Source: Ancylonema sp. (taxonomy: Eukaryota). From it: 64,000 nucleotides of DNA. The position numbers were made by a program, and so were the translations under genes. The first letter of the stretch is position 1. The number at the start of each line of letters is the position of its first letter. Below the pieces are notes generated by a model, which was not told the DNA's origin, did not search any database, and saw only the letters and a list, made by a program, of their open reading frames with translations. This document shows, one piece after another, positions 25,558 to 39,816 of the stretch. The stretch spans positions 1 to 64,000 of the forward strand of contig JBFLGF010000143.1 of NCBI GenBank assembly GCA_050230475.1, read 5' to 3'.

Positions 25558-28294
25558 TCAATCCCTCGCCATCCCTCTCCTCGCCTTCCTCTTTGTCTCG
25601 GTCTCACCAAACTCCCTTATCACTTCCTCCATCAGCTCTTCCAGAATGGCCTTCTCAAGTGTGCACACGACATCCACCTCCTCTGCGCCAAACTCATCCC
25701 ACTTGTACGATCCCTTCACCATGTCTCGCCTCGCAGCGTCATCCAAGATGTCGTACACCTCCTCCGAACTGGGCGCTGGCCAGTCATGTATTTCACTCCA
25801 CACCTCCTGCAGCAGTTTCCTGCCAATCGGCCTGGGCTTAATGGTTACTTTCGCCCTCTTTTGCCACACTGGTAGCTTTTTGTATGGCAATAATCGCCGG
25901 ACCAGCGCCTCGTTGACAGCGTCAAACAGGAGCATTCTCTGCCTCCTCTCCTCCTGCCTCCGTTGCTGCTCCACACTCCCCTGCCCTCGCCCCACAGCCG
26001 GCACCTCCCCAGCACTTCCAGGGGCCATCCCCTTCTCCAGCTGCTCGAAGAGGGTGGGGTTCACAGCGAGCGAGTCCGAGTGCCACTCGGGCATGTTGCT
26101 GCCCCCAAATCTAGAGGAAACCAGAATCTGACGCACATAGTCCAGGTCTGGCTCCATGCCCTCCGCCTCGCCCATAAAACTGAGGGAGGCGAATTCCAAA
26201 GACTCTGCTGAGCTGGCACTGGAACTTGCGACTAGAGGGTGGTAGTTGCTGACATCGGTGGGGCCCGCCATGCCTTTCAAGTATTTGAGCTCTGCAGCTG
26301 TGGAAAGAAACAAGGGAGCAATCATGACATGAGTACGTTTCAACAATAAGACGGTCCCATTCACATACTTCCAAACCCATAATCTGCATTGAGTCAGCAT
26401 GAAAGCCCGCTCTACCGACCCCAGAACCGAGGGAACTCACAGCAATGGCATGCATGCAAAGCTATGTGCTCTGCTGCGGAGAGCGACATGGAAAGAAAGT
26501 CGTACCAGAGAGACCGAGCTCCATACTCTCGTCTTCCGTTGACCCCGGCGAGGAAGACTGGGCTCGATCCAGGACGGATTTGGGGCTAGTGCTTGCCTCT
26601 CCCGGCAGATGCCAGTTGAGGTGTGAGGCCATGTTGTCAACATCCACGCCCAACTTCTCCTTGCCCCCACCCGCCTGCTTCACAACCCCTGGACACTTCT
26701 TCTCGTTCTCACTGGTCCTTGGCGGCTGCAGGGAGGTCTGTGGCGGCACTTCAGGCAGTGTGTCCGGGATCTGAAAAGAACACAGCCACAGGTTAGTAGG
26801 GGGAGAGGCAGTCGGTGAGGCAGACATTTGACAAGAAAGATCAACATATTTGGAAGATTTGATCAATGCCCCTACGCCTGTATGCACCTTGAGCATCATT
26901 TTGACCGGTTGACAGTAGCAGATGCTCCTTCGTGAGGCTAACACCAAGCGAGGAGAAAACAACAATTGTCGACAATTGAGCATAATCCTACTGCCAATTC
27001 CACACCACAACTGCACATTTCATTATTCAAGGACCTGGACACTGTCCTCCGATATCAAACCTCTCCTCACCTTGCTAGTGAGCTTGTGCTGGTCATATGC
27101 AACCGGCCAGATCGGGTTCCGAACAGAGACCACACTCGCTTGGCCTGCCCTTATTTGCGATGACTTGACACCCTCCACCTTGATAACTAGGGCAATTTCT
27201 GGAGAGTCAGATCTGAGTTTGTCCTCTCCAGCACCACCGAAGCACTTTCCCGGTGCCACGTACACTCGTCGGATTGCATCAGCCTCTTCTCTAGGCGCTT
27301 CATCCATGATCCCGCTGCACCCTCCGTGATCTCGGCTGACTGCGGCCTTTGGGGTGTCCGCTCTTCTGCCCTCAGATGCCTTCATTTTTGCCCGAACAAC
27401 TATCGGCTTGACAGATGAACTCTTCCTTGGAGCTGATGCTTCTGCTACCTCCGATAACCCATTGACCCTTGGTGAAGACGGCCGGGAGGTAGACCTTGGT
27501 TTGAGCTCGTCACCTGTCCGACTGCTTCTGCTCTGCTTCCGTAATGTAGACGCATTGACTTTCCCGTCATCTGACTGCGAGGCACTAATGTCTGCGTCGA
27601 TTGTCCCCCGACCTCGTTCTCTCCCTCCCTGCGGACTTTTCAAATTTGCCAATCGGACACCCAGAGAGTAAACCTTAGCTGCCGACTTCGAATCGATACC
27701 CTTGCCACCAGGGACGGCCACCTTCCTACTGTTCGGACTCCGACTGCGTTGCATTTTGTCGACTTTCACCGCACGAGACACATCCGCTGTAGCATTTGTT
27801 GCTTTCATCTTCTTACCCGTCGACTCGATCTCTCCTCCCTGCCCATACTTTCGTGTCCCATCCCCAGAATCCTCGAGTCGCCTCCCTTGCCATCTGCTGA
27901 CCTTTTCAGATCCCGACATTGTAGGTGTCGGACTAATCGTCGGACTGAATCCTGTTGGAGTAAAGCCCTGTACAGGATACTCTTCCATGTGGATTGCACC
28001 CTCGGTTCCAACCTGGCTCTTGAACCATTTGAAGAATAAGTCAAGAGAAACAGCCTCTCCGACCTCGTAGGAACCACCGAAAGAAAACTCAGAAGGCGTG
28101 GCGGCATCGGGTGTAGGAGCCAAAATGTGGGTGGCGGATCCTACGGATTTGGGACTCTTAACCAGGAAGCTACTCATATTTTGGCCTATATCTGGCCCCC
28201 TGCTTTCGATCTGTGCTGCTTTCCTGAGATATGCACTGTTATTATTCCCTCCCACTTTTGTGTCCCTTCCCTGAGACATCTTCCTCAGAGGCAC
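25558..28294 (-). CDS. TON1-recruiting motif (TRM)/LONGIFOLIA-family protein with a DUF4378 C-terminus
   Basis: Exons ~27035-28294, 26506-26770 and 25558-26297. Motifs SPKSVLD, YVRQILVSSRF, RMLLFDAVNEAL and EKAILEELMEE, plus a basic Ser-rich central region. The 5' end is uncertain. Confidence 0.85.
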
Positions 28295-28321
28295 GCCGCT
28301 GATACTGCGCGAATGTGTAAC

Positions 28322-29975
28322 AGTACTGGTGAGATGCAGGTCTGGGCAGCACTCGACGCCGGGAGAAGCCGATCAAAAATCGCATGTGTGTTGGCGGTGG
28401 TACAGTTAAATCAGATCGGGCAAGTTAGTTGGTGCCGCTCGAAGTATATCTCCCGTGACTTGACATGACACGTGTGGGCAAGAATGCAACGGCCGTATAT
28501 CTCGAGATTTGGAGCAAAGATACAGAACTCCGCCGATCGGACCGGTGCATACAAACAACTCGATGTGATTGGTGTTCACCTTTCCTGATATCTCTGACAA
28601 TCTTAGCCGCCAGGCACGTCTGGAACTTGAGATGTACCCGAGATATGACCTCACGTAGGAGGCCAATGAGGGAGTAAGTTCAGTCTGTCTACGAGCTTGG
28701 CGCGCTGCACAATTGCTGACGCGAGCGCTTGTCAATGTCAAGTTCAGCCTCGGCGGTGGTTGGCCACAGGGCGCCGACAAATCATGGGACGGGTTTCGAT
28801 CCGATGTTGACGAGTCCAGCTGGGCATACCGTACCGAACCTGTTGATTTCCTCGCCCTTTCACGATTTGAACAAATACAACCACACCTTGGGTTGTGCGA
28901 CCCGCCAGCCCGCCCAATCGCCCACCCGCACGGCCTTTTTCCCATCTGCGGCTGGAAGCCTCTTGACCGCGGGTGGAAGCCTCCCGACCGCGGGTGGATC
29001 CTCCCCAGTCGCGTGAGAGGTGGGTGGGTGGGTGAGTGGGATATGGCACAGCAAACGATTTGAAAGTACTGGAACCACGCAAGGATCTTGGAGGTGAAAT
29101 GGTGTCGTGCTGTATAGCATCGTGTATGTACACACGTGTGAAACCCTCGTTATAACAAGACTCGTTGTACATGTGTGTTGTAATGGGTGTGAATGCAATC
29201 TGAGAGAGGCAGTAGTACTGGTGAGATGTAGGACTGGGCAGCAATTGACGCTGGATGAAGCTGATCAAAAGTAACTTATGAGTTGCGGCGGTGATACGGT
29301 TAAATCAGATCGGGCAGCTTTTGTATGGTACCGCTCGAAGCATATCTCCCGTGACTTGACATGACACGTGTGAGCAAGAATGCAACGGCCGTATATCTCG
29401 AGATTTGGAGCAAAGATACAAAACTCCGCTGATCGGACGGGTGCATACAAGCAACTCGATGTGATTGGTGTTCACTTTTCATTATAGCTCTGACAATCTT
29501 AGCCGCCAGGCACGCCTGGAACTTGAGGTGGAGACCTCACATATGAGCCAATGAGGGAGTATGTTCATTCTGTCTACGAGCTTGGCGCGCTGCACAATTG
29601 CTGACGAGAACGGTTGTCAATGTCAAGTTCAGCCTCGGCGGTGGTTGGCCACAGGGCACCGACAAATTATGGGACGGGTCACGATCTGATGTTGACTAGT
29701 CCACCTGGGCATACCGTACCGAACCTGTCGATTTCCTCGCCCTTTCACGATTTGATCAAATACCACCACACCTGGGGTTGTGCGACCCGCCAGCCCGCCC
29801 AACCGCCCACCCGCGGACGGCCTTTATCCCATCTGCGGCTGGCAGCCTCCCGACCGCGGGTGGATCCCCCCAGTCGCGTGAGGGGCGGGTGGGTAGGTGG
29901 GTGGGTGTGTGGATGAGTATGATATGGCACAGCAAACGATTTGAAACTACTGGAACCACGCAAGGGTCTTGCTGG
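28322..29975 (+). repeat. Tandem duplication of a ~770-bp unit (~28322-29091 and ~29214-29975)
   Basis: Both copies run from AGTACTGGTGAGATG through GGAACCACGCAAGG with high identity. Confidence 0.9.
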
Positions 29976-31147
29976 TGACTTGAAACGCAAGCATTGCAAA
30001 TGCACATGAGCGTGAGCTGGGGCGCCCCACGGAATTTGATGATGAGATCATCGACGTCCTTCAGGCGATGGGTATAAGCAATGGGGAATCCGATGTGGAA
30101 GAGTTTATCTCCCCGCCAATAGGGGATCAGGAGTTTGGCATCATGACGGTGCATTGGGTCACAAATGCAAAAGCAACTCTGGCATTGAGGCTCCTTGTTG
30201 GCAAGTGGAAGAAATGTGGACCATGTTCAACACATGGGATGTGAGGAGATGCGTGTTGAGCTCATTGAGAGTGATGAGGATGATGTCGACATGGAACCAT
30301 ACAAGATGACTCTCGTGGAATGTAGGGAGTCTCATGAAGGCATTGCATACTTTATCGCCCGAGTTGTTTATCTTGGAGACGAAGATTTGGTACAAAGCCG
30401 ACGACTAGCGATTACTAGCAATGCAAGCAACGTGTGTTGTGAACCGCAAGAAAGAGGGAATTAAGAAAAATTTTCCGGTAGTGGATGTCTAAGGTTATAT
30501 CAAACAAAGTGCAAGTACTCTACATGCAATTTCGGAAAAAAAAGATGTGGCTGCTCTCTTGTATTGATATTCATTTTATTGGCTTTGGTAAAGATAATGG
30601 CATGCATATCTGAATCTATATTTGTCAACAAAAAAATAAAAACAAGACCACCATATCATGAATTTTTTTTGTTTGATCAGCATGTAGTCGCTTGGTGCAA
30701 AGGATGCCTTTGGATGGTCCCATCCCCCACCACAAACCAACCGGTACCTCTCCTTGTCTCATTGTTGTGCTACCGCCAAGTTTCTCATGGTCAGGGTTAT
30801 CACCCGATTGAAGGCTTGGCCCCGCCGATCGAAGAATGTTTTCGATCGCTCCTGTGAAGTGTTGAGGTCTACCTCTTCCTCCAAAAGATGTTGAAGTTTG
30901 CTCTGCATGATGGGATCCCTACCAAACTGTTAGGACCCTCGCCATTGTCACTACTTTCCCCCTAGCGAGTGCCCTATCCTAGTGTGCTTGTCATAAACTA
31001 CAGTGTGCTTATATCGAGTCTAGTGCCCTTACCTTTCCGGTTGTTCTTATAACAAGTCCTTGACTTCTCCCACTAAGCTCCTTCTCTGATTCCTAGCTAG
31101 AGTATACAGCCTTTCTTTGTGTATTTATATAAACTCATATACCTCTC

Positions 31148-31305
31148 TGTCGGACATTAATCGATCGTGTGCCTATATGATGACATGTTAAGGCAAACGA
31201 GTGAATGTGCCTAAAACGATAAATGTGCCTATACGGTGAAATATGCCTACACGGTGAAATGTGCACATAAGGTAGAATGGGACGGGTGTGGCATTTTCGC
31301 TCTTT
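31148..31305. repeat. ~19-20-bp repeat array (GTGCCTATACGGTGAAAT-like), probable transposon subterminal region
   Basis: Several degenerate units. A homologous inverted array lies at ~63080-63337, including the shared flank TGTCGGACA...GATCGTGTGCC. Confidence 0.65.
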
Positions 31306-32375
31306 AGCCATGTTTGACGCTTGTGGGTTTTTTGCGATGTCATTTCAAGTGACACATGTCCGAATGGGCGTATTTCTTATTTCAGTTTCGTTTGACGACC
31401 GAGAGCCTTAGTTAGGTAGGAACATTATGATTGCTCCGCCCTTCTCGGCACCATACTCGCCAGGGTTGCAGACAACATGTTTCTAATCAGTAGCAGGAAC
31501 ACATACATTTTCCATACAATGTGCCGTAAAATAGACACCCCTGTCCGAAGCTTATGTGTCTAAGAGTATTTGTTACGATAGCAACAAAATACTGAAGATG
31601 ACGACATTGTGTCCTTTTATGTATCCTATGCGATTGATGGCGGACGAAAGAAATGCAACTGTACGACAAGAGAAGCTATATTGTAGCCATGCATTGTTTC
31701 TAGCTGCATTAGTGATGTACATGACGTAGCCATTATAATACTAATGTCATTCGAATATAAAATAACAATCACCAATTTGAAATGAAGCTATCACAAATTG
31801 TATTAGTTCTAATATAGACATTCATATTTTTACATGGAAAATTACCTTCTTGCCACAGTGTACCTTCACAGAACCAATTCCTAATTTTATTTGACGAAGT
31901 CATAGGAGAAGAATATGGCATGCGATCAAGCCCTGAAATTTATAGAAGGAGCCACTCTCTCTTGTGAGAAAGTGGTAGTAGTGACCCTCAATTCCTGTCT
32001 CAAACAATTTAGATGTAATTCCCCCCCACTTATAAACGCGGGCCAAATGGTGATGATGCTACAAATGTACAAGACAACCAATAACATCACAAATATTTCA
32101 TGCAGCGAAGGTGCATGGTACGACGAAGAAAACCTCGCAATCAATACCAGAGATGCATTGAGAAGCTACCCTAAGGCACCGCTTCATACGCGAAACCCAA
32201 TGGCATTAGAAATAAGCCTATTCAATCGCTCATTCACTTTCGCACGTTGTGTTGCCCATAACTATAACCAATCCCAATTCTGCCAATGCAATGAGACCAC
32301 GTTCCGGACTGTCTTTTTCCTCCCACCTCCCAAACCCGTCTTCTATTTTCGCCCCATTGACATTCATGGTACATC

Positions 32376-33955
32376 CTACACCGCCGCGCAGCCATTGGTG
32401 ACCGCTTCCCCTCCCCCTGCAGGCGGCACTGATGGAGCTACTTGGAATTTGGACCCCCCGTGGTGCTCCGGCTGATGAGAGACCTCAAAGTCCAAGTGAA
32501 CACACGCTCTCTCAATCTCGGGCAGCCTCTCTAATTTGTTTTGCAACGCCTCTCCTATGTCGTGCGCTTTCTGCAGCACCAAAACAAGAATACGTTCCAT
32601 GTTAGGCGATCTGTACGCGACAACCTCAACCTCTTCATGAACAAGACCAAACACGTCTTCTTCGATTTCTTTCAAAAGTGACGCACACACCAGTCTGACG
32701 CACACATAATGATAAAACAGACCATACCTGGCCGACCATGTGAGCAACATGTACAAAGAAAGAGACGAGAACACAAAGAAGACCCTCTCATGATTGCTAG
32801 CCAATCGAGTGACTGCCGGCAAAGTTGGTTCGTCTTCCACCTCTTCCACCTCTTCTTGTATGTACAATGAATGGACGGAACCAGTTGCACGTGTCACGCT
32901 CAAGAGGCATAAAATCCGGTGGCCAGAATCCACCACCATACTCACGTGCAGGGGCATGTCTCTGGACAGCACGATGTCCACTTCCGTGAAGTAGTGCGAG
33001 CCGAAGGTGTAGGCTCTGACGGTGTCGATGAAGATGATCTCCGGGTGGTGGTTCCAGCACAAGTAGGTAAGCTTCTGGAGGTACTCTGGCGGCGCAGTTC
33101 TGCCGGTCAACGAATTCACGTTCTCCCACACCGTCGACCCCCAAACCTTCATAGTGTACAGAGATAACTGTGGGGGGGGGAGGGGGTTCGTGGCAGCATC
33201 AGCATCACGTACCGCGTGCCTCAGCGCAGTGCCAGCTCAGCTGCCCTCCCTTCCTCCTATCAAAACCATGCCTCCCCCCCACCTGTCCCGTCCCATCCCA
33301 TCCCATCCCATCCCATTCTCACCAGGATGGCTCCTGCTGGGTCCACCCACCACGCAAAGGCCTGCCCCAGCAGAGCAGCTGCCAGCCCCACGGTGTTGGT
33401 GACCACGTCGAAGAAGTGGTCGGTGGCGTACGTTTGCACAATGTCGTTGCTGAAGGTGGAGCAGAAGAGGAAGAGGGCGAGCTTCACGACGGTGGCGATG
33501 CCCATCACTGCCACCAGCCAGGGCCAGGTGGACTCCAGGTGGGGAGCTCCTGTATGCTGGAGGGGATGGGGGGGGTGGGAGGTGGGAGGTGGGATGCGGG
33601 GATGGGGATGAGTCTGAATGAGAAATGAGAAATGAGAAGGAGAAGGAGAATCTGCTGAGGAGGTGGGGTTCGATTTCGGTGTTTGGTGGTTTGAGAGCAG
33701 CATGCTAAGGCTGTCAGCGTTTGGCAGAACGTAGGGAGCACCCATGGGGGCCCATGGGTGGCAAATCATACTCATCGGATGAGAATCCAGTCCAAGAAAT
33801 AGAGAACGCAAGTTGATCCTGGGAACGAATCGTATGAGGTTTTATGGCAATCATTCGTCTGCAGAAACCTGAACCTGAACCTGAACCTGAACCTGTTGTT
33901 CTGGGAGCAACATGACGGGTGAAATGGAGGCAGGAGGTGGGCAGCCACCGGGCAT

Positions 33956-34021
<66 letters not shown>

Positions 34022-35772
34022 GCAGCCGCTCACCCCTGCGATGAACGTGCGTCCGGCTTCGAACAGCACTTGGAAGCCGAGCGTGGTCATAAGGGATGCA
34101 AAGACGATGATGCCCTGCCACCACATTGGTAGAGGGAGAGTGGCTTGAGGGGACGCTTCCCACTGCCACTAACACTCTCCAGTATCCACTCCAGTATATG
34201 GTTGAGAAGGCAAGGGACTGCATACTAGGCGGTGCTCAGCTTCACCTGCAACACAAATATCCTAAAACCGAATCTGTTTTCACATCCTTTTCCTTCTATG
34301 TGAAGAAAGTGAAGGAGAGTTGCCGAGAATCTTATGTGCCATCACCCGATCCTGATTCGAATCCAGACTCGATAGTTTCTTTACCAGCGGCTGCATGCGC
34401 TTCTTGCCGATGGGGTACTTGTACGGGTTTTCGCGGCGCATGGAGTGCGCGGTGTACCAGAGGATGAAGCCAGAGAGGAGGTCCAGAAGGGAGTCGAGGG
34501 TGGAGGCGATGATGGAGAGGCTGCGACTTTCCACACAGGCGAAAATCTTGGCAGCAAGCAGCAAAACGTTGCAGGAGTTGGAGAGGGAGATGGCGAATCG
34601 CTCCCCTCGCTCCAGGTTGGCTTGAGCGAGAACGTCCTGCCCGATGGTAAAAAGTTGCGGGGCAAGTCTTGTTAGGTGATGAAGTACCAATGTCAATGGA
34701 CCTGTGTCTAAAGAAATGATCTTCTGCACGGCTGTTGCTGTCACGTTGATACGCTGATTGTGGACAACATTTCAATAATGACAGAGATCACTTCCAGATG
34801 CCTTTCCAACCCTTCCAAATTCCGTTCCATGTTTTGACCAAATGTCTCAGATGCATATGTCGGTTAGGAACTCCTTGGTGTCCCCCACGCAAGAGAAAAG
34901 ATTCGAAAAATAAGCAGAGAGGGAGCCACAACCCTGCCCCACATACAGGATACATCAGGGCAGCGTTTCAGCACTACTTGGGAGTGAGTTGCAAGAATTC
35001 CATAGCCGTACCGCAGCAGTGGGCAGTAAATGCTCTTCCAGGGCGTCCATTTCCGAGAAACCATCAATCATCTCATTTTGGCGTTGGTAATATCCACTCA
35101 GTGCGCTTTTACCGCCTGCAGACGTCAGCATGGTCGCGAGTGAGGGCAGGTCTATGCGCTAAGAAACCAAAGCGAGCAGCAAAGATCCGCAACATCAAAA
35201 CACGAGAGAGTCATTGTGGTTTTAGAGCCTTTGCACACGGTTGCCTTCACCAACCCGGCTGCAGTGTATTGTTTCAATTCACAGTCTCATTAGATAAACT
35301 TCCATTCCTAAAGTGTCGGCGTACATATAGCCCGATGTGTGGTTCACCCTGGTATCCCCGGTATCCTACCTGCCTATCTTGCCTACGGGCAACAGCTCTA
35401 CACTATATTCGAACGCAACCATCCATCTACCTCAACATTTCACAGACGAGCAAGGATGCGATTCCGATTCGTTCGGACCCCCCCCTGGAAGTGGGTGAGT
35501 ATGACAAACATCAATTGCATCAGACCTACAGGATCACAACGTAAATGCGTATGTTAACTCGCAGCCGACCCGGACTCACCAAATCTGAATCTTCGGTTGT
35601 CAACCATGGAGTCTGGTCCCATGCGGAACGCCTCAAAGCGCGAATGATCACGGCGCCATTGTGAGTCATTTTTTGAAGTATCATCTGCGTAGAAGGGGCT
35701 TGCAGTCGCGTTCATCGGCAGGGCCTCAATTAACGCGCCCGCCGTACTACAAGAATCGTCGATACGGTCCAT
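32376..35772 (-). CDS. Metal tolerance protein, Mn-CDF group (MTP8-11-like cation efflux transporter)
   Basis: About seven exons: [94 protein letters not shown] and [28 protein letters not shown]. The DxxxD motifs are typical of Mn-CDFs. Confidence 0.93.
33960..34017. repeat. (GA)n microsatellite in an MTP intron, with (AACCTG)n nearby at ~33866-33895
   Basis: Read directly from the sequence. Confidence 0.97.
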
Positions 35773-36708
35773 TGACACTTCTGTAATCGCAGTGTCCCTC
35801 CAAGAGCGTATGCAAGCCCTTCTGGCAGACGAATTGTGTGGCACTGGTCTTCAAAACCGGTCGGACATCTGATTTGACCAGCACAGGCACTGGATTGTGC
35901 GGATCTGCCTGAAATCATTTTGATGTGTTTCTGTAGTAAGAGCAGTGCTGCGGGCGGTGTTGGGGGCTGCGTGGGGGCCAGCAGTGAGTCCGACGAGATC
36001 CCTCCGCTCGTGTGCTTGACCTTCTCATCCCACGCAGCTGCCTTCGATAGACACGTGCTACAATCGCCAGGGAACGATCTTGGGTCAAACCATGACAACT
36101 TCTCTCATCTGCACGTAGATTCTGGATTGGTATAAAAAGTTGGAACTCCATCGACGGCTCCTAGACGAACAAATTCGGTCATTCCCTTCGTACAGAAATT
36201 CGTTGTAACGTGATTAATAGTACAAATCACTGATTTGGTACGCGAGAAGCACGGGTTGACCTCCACGGCACGTACAGCGCGCGAGCAAGGTGATGCTTCG
36301 TGTGCACTGAAGAGCAAGCTGATTGTCAACTTTGGCAAGCAGCCAGCACGCATGACCTAACGTGAGTCGGATATCTTCTGGCAGTGTCCGAGTCGTACGA
36401 TGGCATCGTCGAAGTACATGTCACAACCAAGATACGACTGTACATAACATGTATTGAAATCTGAGCTTGAACCCGGGGTGATCCAGAATCGTAATCTGAG
36501 CAGTGACGCATGACATACTGAGTTTCTTGATGAGGACAGCCCAGTCCAAATTTCTATCCGGGACAGTGGGAACAGTGGCGTCTGGATAAGGGCTGCCACT
36601 CTTCTAGCTCCTCTTGTATTGGACGAAACACAGCCGATAATTGACAGTTTCCTGTACTTCCTAAATTTCATGGCTCTAGAATGAGTACTGTCATGCTCTA
36701 GCGCCGTC

Positions 36709-38571
36709 ATGCTGACAAGGGTACTTCAGGTGTACGCTGTGGAAAGCCTGAGGAGGTCTTTCGCGACATGCCTAAATGGAAATTCCGGAAGCGTTATAGA
36801 AGCTCCATCTCCGTCCGTTCCAAACGGTCAAATCGCGCATTCTGGCGTGCCAAGAATGTCGAGTGTGCCTCATGGTCTCACTCACAAGGCGCTGCTAGTT
36901 GATGCAGCTGGAACTTTGTTCGAGCCTTCCGAGCCTGTCTCACAGGTATTGCAACCTGTGTGAGGTCGAGTAACATTCGAGTAACATGTCGCCGAGATTT
37001 TATTTTTTTTTAGTCCAGATCGTAAAAAAATATCTGAAAGGGTTGCGTGTTCGGTTGATGTCCGGAGGAGCTTCAAATCCGTATTTTGGAGACCTGTGAT
37101 CCATTTGCGAGTAACCATGACTCTTCTCTCTTGTGCGAAGGTTTACCTTCGACTGGGCCTCAAATACGGTGTCAGCTTACCTGCAGAGGAGATTCTTCGG
37201 CGTTACCGTCGAGCCTATGCACAGCCATGGGTCCACTCAACCTTACGGTACGCCACATAGCCGTTGCCGAACACATACAGGCAGCAGTGCACATGATATG
37301 AAGGCAGCAGTGAATTGTACTCGGGTGTGGCTTCCGTTGATATCAAGTCCCTTCGATGGTGACAGGTATGTTGACGATGGGCGTCCATTCTGGCACCACA
37401 TCCTCTCAGAATCCTGCGGGTGCAACAGTCTTGATTTTGCTGAAGAGGTATATGAGTATTACACAACGTCGGAGGTAGGCACCGGCAGGGAGTGGCGCGC
37501 TCTTCTTTAATTCAGCCATTGGTGCTGACTGGATTGATACCAAGCAGTGCACTTGTGTTTGCCCCTGCTAAGAAGCATGAAGCAAGCAAGTGGAGTGTAG
37601 CGCAATCGTTCTTGTGGAGCTAGGGAAAGCTGCAAACTTATCCACAAGGCTTTTTTCAAAGAAAGCTTTCGCACTGCTTGTGCAGGCTTGGAGGATCATA
37701 GATCCGAGAGCAGGAGAGGCGTTTGCAGCTCTAAGGAAGGCAGGTGTGAAGACAGCGGTGGTATCTAATTTTGACACACGTCTCCGACCCATTCTAAAAG
37801 CTCTGGACTGCGACCACTGGTTTGATGCCATGGCTATATCTGCCGAGGTGATATACCCACGAAATTAAACTGTCGCTTCGATAGAATCGGTGTTTGCACA
37901 CTCCACCACTGCTTGCATTGCTGTTTACTCCTTATGCAAAGAGAAAAGGAGAACAGAAGGAGATGTATCCATGTTCCTCTCTCGTAGCATTGAAGTTGCC
38001 AAACAGGATCCAATCAAGGAACAGCCTAACAGGCATGAAGAATCCACAAAAAAGTGCCGCTCAGTTACATGGGAGCCTTCGAACTTGTTTGGATGATGCT
38101 CAATCAAATCAGAAGTGGATGTCTCCCCAGGTGCGTGCTGAGAAGCCGAATCCAATCATATTCCATAAAGCGTGTGAGCTGCTTCAAGTAGAGCCCCATG
38201 AGGCTATACATGTGGGAGATGACCGGAGAAACGATGTGTGGGGGGCAAGAGATGCCGGTTGTGCGACCTTGCATTGGGGATGTGATGTCTTCACCTTCTC
38301 TGAAGTGAGTGCTTCTATTCTATGAAACGAGTCATGAGTCGGAACTGGATCCTGGACAGGAGATAACAAAGGCTAGCAGCATCATAATTGCAAAACTATC
38401 AAGTGGCATGTGTTGGCAGGCGTACCTCTTTGCTTCTATTAAAGACATACAACGGATCGACACTCATTCGAAGAGACTCGTGTTGTCTCTATAGGTGGTA
38501 CGAAAGAAGGCTGTTTCATCTTATATATCATCTTATCTTTATCTCACACATTATCTTATCTCATCTTTTAT
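36709..38571 (+). CDS. HAD-superfamily hydrolase, HDHD3/REG-2-like
   Basis: Exons ~36709-36945, 37141-37247, 37366-37473, 37686-37847, 38131-38304 and a tentative 38494-38571. Motifs LLVDAAGTL, VVSNFDTRL, EKPNPIIF and HVGDDRRNDVWGA. Confidence 0.9.
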
Positions 38572-39720
38572 AATATCCACTGTTGTAGTAATAAGACGGC
38601 GTGGTTGTTTTGATTGCTCTCGATAACTTGTTGCACTACTAGATGCCAATCGAGGCGCACTAATTGATTTGATTGTGTGTGGTGGTGTGTGGCTAGGTGG
38701 CGCAGGAGTTGGGTGTACGTGTTGAGGAGTCATAGGACGTGGCTTGACGACAAGACTACAATGAATATGTAGAAATTGCAAAAGCTCGATGGACTAGCAC
38801 ATGGATAGTAGGATGGTTGCAATTGTCAGAGACAATTGCCACTAATTGTGTGCATGCTGCAAAGTACGATAAATCACTACCTTGTTTCTATTCAAGTGGT
38901 GGGATAAAAGAGGCCAAGGAGGTGGTACACTTGGGCTAAGGAGGTGGAGCACTTGTTTACCAAATCACACCGACATTCACATTTTCTCTGCACTTTACCA
39001 CCATCAATATCGTCTACATCTATTTCCCTTGGTTGGTCAACTTGCTGACCAATATTTTGTTATTTGTGAAGAGTTTCGTAGTGGCTTCATGCATGCTCAT
39101 GCTCATGCTCATGTTTCATAACTCCATTCAATCATTGAAGTTTGGTATAATCATGTAGATGATGGATGGTGAACTATTGTCGGCTAGTAAATAAGGGCTC
39201 TTGGTCATGATGTCTCTACATTGGTTTCGTTTGTACCTCTGTGTGTACTATTCATCCATATAAATGTGCATGTATTATCTTCTGGCATTTGTTTGACAGC
39301 GTCATTTTCCTTGGCATTCGATCATATGAAATCATTCATTGTGATAACAATGTGAGATAAAATTGGTAAAATATGTGCCAATTACATTTCACAATGCTAT
39401 ACTGGATAAATGACCAGACAAACACTACTAGACCACCTAAAAAGCTCAAAACTAACGAAGCAATGACATATGCGTTGGATTTTGTACAAGAAGAGTAACG
39501 AGACCTAGCCTATCATAATGTACATATTCTTTCCTTCTCTCCATGCTCCACAATCTTCTTTCGTCCTAGGTGCCAGCATAATGTCAACGACATTGCTAGT
39601 GCCTTGAGCAAATATCACAATTCATTCTCGATTGCGTGTTTCTACATCTTTTCCAAGAATCAGCAGAATCACTCTATAAAACTTCATCGAGTTACATACC
39701 CATACTACTGGACAAGTTAC

Positions 39721-39816
39721 TCACATGATGATTTCTGGTTTGAAGATGGAGACTTTGATTTCTTTGTGAGGGAGAATCTTGGCGCCGTTGACGTACAACT
39801 CGTCGCTGATGTGGAC
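39721..39816 (-). pseudogene. Orphan 3' fragment of a GMP last exon
   Basis: The minus strand encodes [31 protein letters not shown] and is cut at the duplication junction. Confidence 0.9.

Noticed and set aside
30000..30464. Acidic peptide reminiscent of a pogo/Tigger transposase C-terminus
   Set aside because: The resemblance is weak and low-complexity, and no DDE core or TIR was found.
31148..31305. Regularly spaced repeats resembling a CRISPR array
   Set aside because: Eukaryotic context, degenerate adjacent units without unique spacers, and no cas genes.
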